Below, in pieces: positions 1-5,216 of a stretch of DNA of 32,000 bases. The notes beneath the pieces are model-generated. The model ran no database searches and was not told where the DNA came from. It saw only the letters and a list, made by a program, of their open reading frames with translations. The stretch is taken from assembly GCF_003367075.2 (NCBI RefSeq), contig NZ_CP065936.1, forward strand, positions 1,110,001 to 1,142,000. Reading direction: 5' to 3'. The first letter of the stretch is position 1, and each line of letters opens with the position of its first letter. A program made the position numbers and the translations under genes. This stretch comes from Cylindrospermopsis raciborskii Cr2010 (lineage in GTDB: Bacteria; Cyanobacteriota; Cyanobacteriia; Cyanobacteriales; Nostocaceae).

Positions 1-21
1 ACAATAAGTAACAAGAGTGAA

Positions 22-72
22 AAAATAGGTCGCCCCTGGTGTCTTTGCTCGACGATATTCCATATTATAATT
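22..72. repeat. Left copy of a 51-bp direct repeat bracketing the tandem array
   Basis: AAAATAGGTCGCCCCTGGTGTCTTTGCTCGACGATATTCCATATTATAATT recurs at 2933-2983 with about 4 mismatches. Weaker similarity extends about 20 bp further left in both copies. Confidence 0.85.
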
Positions 73-90
73 AATGAAACAGAAAAGGAT

Positions 91-2670
91 AACCCAACAA
101 ACCAACAGAGAGAAAAACAGATACCCTTAAAACATTATATAATCCCGTAGGTTGGGTTGAGGAACGAAACCCAACAAACCCCACTGTTAATTATAGTCCA
201 TGTGAACTCCTTGTATTATAGGGTGAGCGGTTTGATTTTACTTCCAGCGATCGCCTGTTTTTAAAAATATTTACCGTAGGTTGGGTTGAGGAACGAAACC
301 CAACAAACCCCACTGTTAATTATAGTCCATGTGAACTCCTTGTATTATAGGGTGGGCGGTTTGATTTTACTTCCAGCGATCGCCTGTTTTTAAAAACATT
401 TACCGTAGGTTGGATTGAGAAAACCCAACAAACCCCACTGTTAATTATAGTCCATGTGAACTCCTTGTATTATAGGGTGGGCGGTTTGATTTTACTTCCA
501 GCGATCGCCTGTTTTTAAAAACATTTACCGTAGGTTGGATTGAGAAAACCCAACAAACCCCACTGTTAATTATAGTTTATGTGAACTCCTTGTCTTATAG
601 GGTGAGCGGTTTGATTTTACTTCCAGCGATCGCCTGTTTTTAAAAACATTTACCGTAGGTTGGATTAAGAAAACCCAACAAACCAACAGAGAGAAAAACA
701 GATACCCTTAAAACATCATATAATCCCGTAGGTTGGGTTGAGGAACGAAACCCAACAAACCCCACTGTTAATCATAGTCTATGTGAACTCCTTGTATTAT
801 AGGGTGGGCGGTTTGATTTTACTTCCAGCGATCGCCTGTTTTTAAAAACATTTACCGTAGGTTGGATTGAGAAAACCCAACAAACCCCACTGTTAATTAT
901 AGTCCATGTGAACTCCTTGTATTATAGGGTGGGCGGTTTGATTTTACTTCCAGCGATCGCCTGTTTTTAAAAACATTTACCGTAGGTTGGGTTGAGGAAC
1001 GAAACCCAACAAACCAACAGATACCCTTAAAACATTATATAATCCCGTAGGTTAGATTGAGAAAACCCAACAAACCTCACCGTTAATTATAGTCTATGTG
1101 AACTCCTTGTCTTATAGGGTGGGCGGTTTGATTTTACTTCCAGCGATCGCCTGTTTTTAAAAACATTTACCGTAGGTTGGATTGAGAAAACCCAACAAAC
1201 CCCACTGTTAATTATAGTTTATGTGAACTCCTTGTCTTATAGGGTGAGCGGTTTGATTTTACTTCCAGCGATCGCCTGTTTTTAAAAACATTTACCGTAG
1301 GTTGGATTAAGAAAACCCAACAAACCAACAGAGAGAAAAACAGATACCCTTAAAACATCATATAATCCCGTAGGTTGGGTTGAGGAACGAAACCCAACAA
1401 ACCCCACTGTTAATCATAGTCTATGTGAACTCCTTGTCTTATAGGGTGATCGGTTTGATTTTACTTCCAGCGATCGCCTGTTTTTAAAAACATTTACCGT
1501 AGGTTGGATTGAGAAAACCCAACAAACCCCACTGTTAATTATAGTTTATGTGAACTCCTTGTCTTATAGGGTGATCGGTTTGATTTTACTTCCAGCGATC
1601 GCCTGTTTTTAAAAACATTTACCGTAGGTTGGATTGAGAAAACCCAACAAACCCCACTGTTAATTATAGTTTATGTGAACTCCTTGTATTATAGGGTGGG
1701 CGGTTTGATTTTACTTCCAGCGATCGCCTGTTTTTAAAAACATTTACCGTAGGTTGGGTTGAGAAAACCTAACAAACCCCACTGTTAATTATAGTCCATG
1801 TGAACTCCTTGTCTTATAGGGTGGGCGGTTTGATTTTACTTCCAGCGATCGCCTGTTTTTAAAAACATTTACCGTAGGTTGGGTTGAGGAACGAAACCCA
1901 ACAAACCAACAGATACCCTTAAAACATTATATAATCCCATAGGTTAGATTGAGAAAACCCAACAAACCTCACCGTTAATTATAGTCTATGTGAACTCCTT
2001 GTCTTATAGGGTGATCGGTTTGATTTTACTTCCAGCGATCGCCTTTAAAAACATTTACCGTAGGTTGGATTGAGAAAACCCAACAAACCCCACTGTTAAT
2101 TATAGTTTATGTGAACTCCTTGTATTATAGGGTGGGCGGTTTGATTTTACTTCCAGCGATCGCCTGTTTTAAAAACATTTACCGTAGGTTGGGTTGAGGA
2201 ACGAAACCCAACAAACCCCACTGTTAATTATAGTCCATGTGAACTCCTTGTATTATAGGGTGGGCGGTTTGATTTTACTTCCAGCGATCGCCTGTTTTTA
2301 AAAATATTTACCGTAGGTTGGATTAAGAAAACCCAACAAACCAACAGAGAGAAAAACAGATACCCTTAAAACATTATATAATCCCGTAGGTTGGGTTGAG
2401 GAACGAAACCCAACAAACCCCACTGTTAATTATAGTTTATGTGAACTCCTTGTATTATAGGGTGGGCGGTTTGATTTTACTTCCAGCGATCGCCTGTTTT
2501 TAAAAACATTTACCGTAGGTTGGATTGAGAAAACCCAACAAACCCCACTGTTAATTATAGTTTATGTGAACTCCTTGTCTTATAGGGTGAGCGGTTTGAT
2601 TTTACTTCCAGCGATCGCCTGTTTTTAAAAACATTTACCGTAGGTTGGATTGAGAAAACCCAACCTACGG
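91..2670. repeat. Non-coding higher-order tandem repeat array (125/129-bp unit with hairpin and HIP1 site)
   Basis: CCGTAGGTT hairpin modules start at 145, 274, 403, 528, 653, 726, 855, 980, 1045, 1170, 1295, 1368, 1497, 1622, 1747, 1872, 1937, 2058, 2182, 2311, 2384, 2513 and 2638 (23 copies). Seventeen are followed by the same ~95-bp body, CCCACTGTTAATTATAGTYYATGTGAACTCCTTGTMTTATAGGGTGRKCGGTTTGATTTTACTTCCAGCGATCGCCTGTTTTTAAAAACATTTA. Five, plus a partial one at 91, are followed by a 32-41-bp spacer, CAACAG(AGAGAAAAACAG)ATACCCTTAAAACATYATATAATC. The track shows no ORF of 60 aa or more on either strand across 1-2650. Confidence 0.95.
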
Positions 2671-2750
2671 GACTATATAATTATTCAAGGTTATACAGCA
2701 GATTCTTTTGTTATGATGTACTTCATGAAAGTGGAAAGTGCTGTATGTGT

Positions 2751-2816
2751 GTATCTCCCTGTTGGTTTGTTGGGTTTCGTTCCTCAACCCAACCTACGAG
2801 ACTATATCAAAGGAAT
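2751..2816 (-). repeat. Reverse-complement copy of the spacer plus long-hairpin module of the array
   Basis: GTATCTCCCTGTTGGTTTGTTGGGTTTCGTTCCTCAACCCAACCTACGAGACTATAT is the reverse complement of the array segment ATATAATCCCGTAGGTTGGGTTGAGGAACGAAACCCAACAAACCAACAG..ATAC. Confidence 0.85.
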
Positions 2817-2932
2817 TTATGTTAAAAGAAGTCAATATTGGCACTTTGATAAAAAGCGATCGCACTTTTCATGGGGGTTGTCCCATGATTGCGGGAACTG
2901 GTGTTACCGTATGAAGAATAGTAATCTAGTAT

Positions 2933-2983
2933 AAATTAGGTCGCTCCTGGTGTTTTTGCTCGACGATATTCCATATTATAATT
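2933..2983. repeat. Right copy of the 51-bp direct repeat bracketing the tandem array
   Basis: AAATTAGGTCGCTCCTGGTGTTTTTGCTCGACGATATTCCATATTATAATT matches 22-72. Confidence 0.85.
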
Positions 2984-3037
2984 GGTGGAATACAGGAGTA
3001 TGTTTGGATCAATCCGTTGAAAAAGAATTTTGGTGTC

Positions 3038-3061
3038 AGACAGGGAATTCATTCCCTGTCT
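3038..3061. repeat. Perfect palindrome (11-bp arms, EcoRI site at centre) just 3' of the 83-aa minus-strand gene
   Basis: AGACAGGGAAT-TC-ATTCCCTGTCT. No adjacent U-tract on either strand, so it is not a canonical intrinsic terminator. Confidence 0.7.
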
Positions 3062-3113
3062 CACCATTGAGAGCGAAATGCGATCGCCTACCTCTAATTC
3101 ATAGATAAACCGG

Positions 3114-3365
3114 TCAATTAATCAGAATCTGTCTTACCAGAATACTCATGACCTCCCCTGGGTTACTAGTCGGTATCGGATCACTCCAATCAGTTGCATG
3201 GGCATAACCAAGCACATGTAGATAGTGAATCGTACTAATAACTGTCTTTTTCGATCCAATTAACAGGTGCTTTAATGGTTCCCTGCGATCGCTTTCTGGA
3301 ACTACCGTAGGGCCAACTACTCTAGTTTCGTTGACATTGCCAATAAAATTCTTAGTCTGTGTCAT
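3114..3365 (-). CDS. Small hypothetical protein, 83 aa (MTQTKNFIGNV...PGEVMSILVRQILIN)
   Basis: ATG at 3365 is preceded by GAGG about 9 nt upstream. A sigma70-like promoter at 3442-3470 overlaps the TTG start given in the ORF track, which favours the shorter form. No recognisable catalytic motif, and the protein is not hydrophobic. Confidence 0.6.
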   Translation of the reverse strand: MTQTKNFIGNVNETRVVGPTVVPESDRREPLKHLLIGSKKTVISTIHYLHVLGYAHATDWSDPIPTSNPGEVMSILVRQILIN

Positions 3366-3441
3366 AATTTGATTACCTCTGAGAAAGGGGTGTAAGGTGA
3401 TCTGGAATTCTTGGCCGAACCGCCCGATCACCTTACTTTTA

Positions 3442-3470
3442 AGTATAAAACTAATTGAACAGATATGCAA
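3442..3470 (-). promoter_or_regulatory. Sigma70-like promoter for the 83-aa gene
   Basis: The minus strand reads TTGCAT, a 17-nt spacer, then TATACT (-35 at 3470-3465, -10 at 3447-3442). This leaves a leader of about 70 nt to the ATG at 3365. Confidence 0.45.
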
Positions 3471-3583
3471 GGGGTTTATAGAAAATAATTAACAAAATTT
3501 GTAAATCTTTTCGACTTGTCAAGCATAAATGAAAAGTATAGGAATTTCTGACTCACCCCCTGGTATCCCTTCCCTAGTTTTTT

Positions 3584-3614
3584 GTAGGTTCGGTTGATGA
3601 AGGAAACCCAAGCC
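3584..3614 (+). repeat. Degenerate solo copy of the GTAGGTTGG..CCCAAC hairpin
   Basis: GTAGGTTCGGTTGATGAAGGAAACCCAAGCC resembles the array hairpin and the copies at 4138 and 31664. Confidence 0.6.
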
Positions 3615-3704
3615 AGGTTACATTTATATATTTACTATGTTGGTATAGACGTGGTTAAATATAACCCCAAGGATTTTTAGGAAATCCCCTGTTCTGGAAG
3701 TAGC

Positions 3705-3759
3705 AATTAAGTTGGCTGAAAAGACTAATGATCTGGTTATTGGTTTATGTATATGGTAT
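3705..3759 (+). promoter_or_regulatory. Conserved 55-nt block upstream of peptide gene 1 (candidate promoter or operator)
   Basis: AATTAAGTTGGCTGAAAAGACTAATGATCTGGTTATTGGTTTATGTATATGGTAT is 45/55 identical, without gaps, to 4353-4407. It ends 82 nt before the ATG, and the flanks are not conserved. Confidence 0.55.
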
Positions 3760-3840
3760 GAGTTACCAATTAGGAATCTAAGAACCTAATTGCTTGAATC
3801 AGGGTGTGACCGTTCAATTGAGATTAAGGATAGTTTATCT

Positions 3841-4008
3841 ATGAATTTAATCGACAATAACGTGCTATTCACCCAGGTCGTTGATAGAGAATCTGTTAGT
3901 ATCAATGGTGGTGGTCTCTTGGAAATAGTTAATTTGCCTAATGACGTGCTAAATTACTTCCAGAATTTACCATCACAGTTAGAAAATTGGATTCTCGGAT
4001 ATCTTTAA
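3841..4008 (+). CDS. Double-glycine-leader peptide 1 (55 aa), bacteriocin- or pheromone-like precursor
   Basis: Leader MNLIDNNVLFTQVVDRESVSINGG, then core GLLEIVNLPNDVLNYFQNLPSQLENWILGYL. AAGGA sits 10 nt upstream of the ATG. The leader aligns with peptides 2 and 3, and a C39-ABC exporter lies downstream. Confidence 0.8.
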   Translation: MNLIDNNVLFTQVVDRESVSINGGGLLEIVNLPNDVLNYFQNLPSQLENWILGYL

Positions 4009-4020
4009 GTAAAGGTAATT

Positions 4021-4076
4021 GAATTTGGGTTTCAGGTATTGGTGTTTGCGAGAACGCCTACCTGAGACTCAATTTT
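4021..4076 (+). terminator. Imperfect hairpin after peptide gene 1 (possible terminator or attenuator)
   Basis: GAATTTGGGTTTCAGGTA ... TACCTGAGACTCAATTTT. The TCAGGTA/TACCTGA core is perfect, the outer stem needs G-U pairs or mismatches, and a T4 run follows. Confidence 0.35.
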
Positions 4077-4112
4077 ACCTATAAACTCTTTCCTAAGCGT
4101 TCTAGCTAAGTG

Positions 4113-4224
4113 GGTGGAATTAAATATAAGATGAACGTAGGTTGGGTTGAAGTATGAAACCCAACACCCGCATGGGTTACGCTACCGCTAACCCATCCTA
4201 CAAATAATTGTGCCTCCCTACTTA
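4113..4224 (+). mobile_element. MITE-like ~112-bp element containing the GTAGGTTGGGTT..AACCCAAC hairpin (copy A)
   Basis: GGTGGAATTAAATATAAGATGAACGTAGGTTGGGTTGAAGTATGAAACCCAACACCCGCATGGG...CATCCTACAAATAATTGTGCCTCCCTACTTA. A reverse-complement copy sits at 31620-31714 with a ~17-bp internal deletion. No transposase is present. Confidence 0.7.
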
Positions 4225-4268
4225 AAGCTATAAATTAGATTGCCAACCTCAAGTTTTTAAAAATAAGG

Positions 4269-4302
4269 TCCCCAATTTCTTCATGGAAGTTGGGGATTTT
4301 TT
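4269..4302 (+). terminator. Rho-independent terminator
   Basis: Stem TCCCCAA (4269-4275) pairs with TTGGGGA (4290-4296), followed by T6. Confidence 0.7.
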
Positions 4303-4352
4303 GTGAGGAAGGGGGGATGTATTTTTGAGAAGTTGTTTTTCCTCAAGTTGGT

Positions 4353-4407
4353 AATTAGGTTGGTTGGAAATATCAATGATCTGGCTATTGGTTTCTGGAT
4401 ATTGTAT
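4353..4407 (+). promoter_or_regulatory. Conserved 55-nt block upstream of peptide gene 2 (second copy)
   Basis: AATTAGGTTGGTTGGAAATATCAATGATCTGGCTATTGGTTTCTGGATATTGTAT is 45/55 identical to 3705-3759 and ends 90 nt before the ATG at 4497. Confidence 0.55.
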
Positions 4408-4496
4408 TAACAAGCAAGCAGTTGAGGGACTTACAAAGAAGCAATCAACTTCTAGCTTAAAACAAATCTAATCACAAGATCAAGGAGTATTGTATC

Positions 4497-4685
4497 ATGC
4501 AAGTAATCGAAAAGAACTCATTATTCGCTCAAGTTTCTGGTGAACAGTCTGCTGTTGTTAGTGGTGGTGCTGTTGGAGAGTTTTATGATGCCGCTGCATA
4601 CGCCATAGTAGCAGCTTTTCTTGGTGTTGATCCTGATCTTATTAAGTTCCAAGCAGTTAACATCTTGTTTGGTCCTCTGGTGTAA
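4497..4685 (+). CDS. Double-glycine-leader peptide 2 (62 aa)
   Basis: Leader MQVIEKNSLFAQVSGEQSAVVSGG, then core AVGEFYDAAAYAIVAAFLGVDPDLIKFQAVNILFGPLV. There is a strong AAGGAG Shine-Dalgarno sequence 8 nt upstream. Confidence 0.85.
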   Translation: MQVIEKNSLFAQVSGEQSAVVSGGAVGEFYDAAAYAIVAAFLGVDPDLIKFQAVNILFGPLV

Positions 4686-4768
4686 GATATCTAATAAGTC
4701 ATATCAATCACATAATGTGTCATTCTTTCTCAAGTAAACATATTTATTGTTGACTGGGATACACACAT

Positions 4769-4837
4769 TAGACCTCTCCGAAATTGAAGCTCAAATCCCC
4801 CATAAACTGGTGGAAATAGAGTTTTAGGAGAGGTCTA
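4769..4837. repeat. Perfect 11-bp inverted repeat separated by 47 nt
   Basis: TAGACCTCTCC (4769-4779) pairs with GGAGAGGTCTA (4827-4837). It lies between peptide genes 2 and 3. Confidence 0.8.
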
Positions 4838-4865
4838 TTCATTGAATTATGGAGAAATAAATTAC

Positions 4866-5093
4866 ATGGCACAAAATAATTTATTTACTGAAATATCAGA
4901 AGAAGAATCTGCAACTATTAAAGGTGGTGGATTCCTTGAAGCTGCTGCATATCTCATAGTAATGCAATCACTATTTCCTTTTATTGCGTATAGTCCAGAG
5001 GTAATAAATACAGCGCTTTTATTTCTTACTGGTGTGCTATCGTTCCCTCAAAATAATAATACAAACCCAAGCAACCTCTCAAAAGATAATTAG
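4866..5093 (+). CDS. Double-glycine-leader peptide 3 (75 aa)
   Basis: Leader MAQNNLFTEISEEESATIKGG, then core GFLEAAAYLIVMQSLFPFIAYSPEVINTALLFLTGVLSFPQNNNTNPSNLSKDN. GGAG sits 11 nt upstream of the ATG at 4866. The in-frame TTG at 4842 from the track is a less likely start by leader alignment. Confidence 0.8.
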   Translation: MAQNNLFTEISEEESATIKGGGFLEAAAYLIVMQSLFPFIAYSPEVINTALLFLTGVLSFPQNNNTNPSNLSKDN

Positions 5094-5216
5094 AGATAAT
5101 TAGAGATAATTAGAAAATTGGAAGGATAGGTCTTTCCCACATTAAGATTTAAAGCTGATTCAATATCAAAAAACAATGGGATTAGACCCCACAAACATGA
5201 TATACATTCAATAACT

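Noticed and set aside
91-2670. CRISPR array interpretation of the regularly spaced hairpin repeats
   Set aside because: The ~90-bp segments between hairpins are themselves near-identical from unit to unit, so there are no unique spacers. The period is 125-129 bp, and no cas genes or leader are present. It is a tandem repeat, not a CRISPR.
91-2670. Minus-strand mini-ORF in each unit (AAGGAG-N6-ATG GAC TAT AAT TAA, encoding MDYN)
   Set aside because: The ATG exists only in the units with the GTCCATGT variant. It is ATA in the GTTTATGT and GTCTATGT variants. A 4-codon ORF that is not conserved across units is most likely coincidental.
2650-2934. 94-aa ORF from the track
   Set aside because: It starts inside the terminal array hairpin and reads through the inverted repeat module (..LGFVPQPNLR.. 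is hairpin sequence translated). It has no Shine-Dalgarno sequence and its composition is atypical. It is probably spurious.
3366-3470. N-terminal 35-aa extension of the minus-strand ORF (track start 3470)
   Set aside because: The start is TTG and lies within the predicted -35 hexamer of a good promoter. The ATG at 3365 has a Shine-Dalgarno sequence.
3841-5093. RiPP (lanthipeptide, cyanobactin or microviridin) precursor interpretation of the three peptides
   Set aside because: The cores contain no Cys and no recognisable modification motifs. No tailoring enzymes are encoded between 3000 and 12500.
5081-5117. 10-bp tandem repeat TAGAGATAAT (about 2.5-3.5 copies) at the end of peptide gene 3 as a phase-variation switch
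   Set aside because: The stop codon is the first TAG of the repeat, so copy-number change downstream would not alter the protein. The repeat is too short to support any claim.
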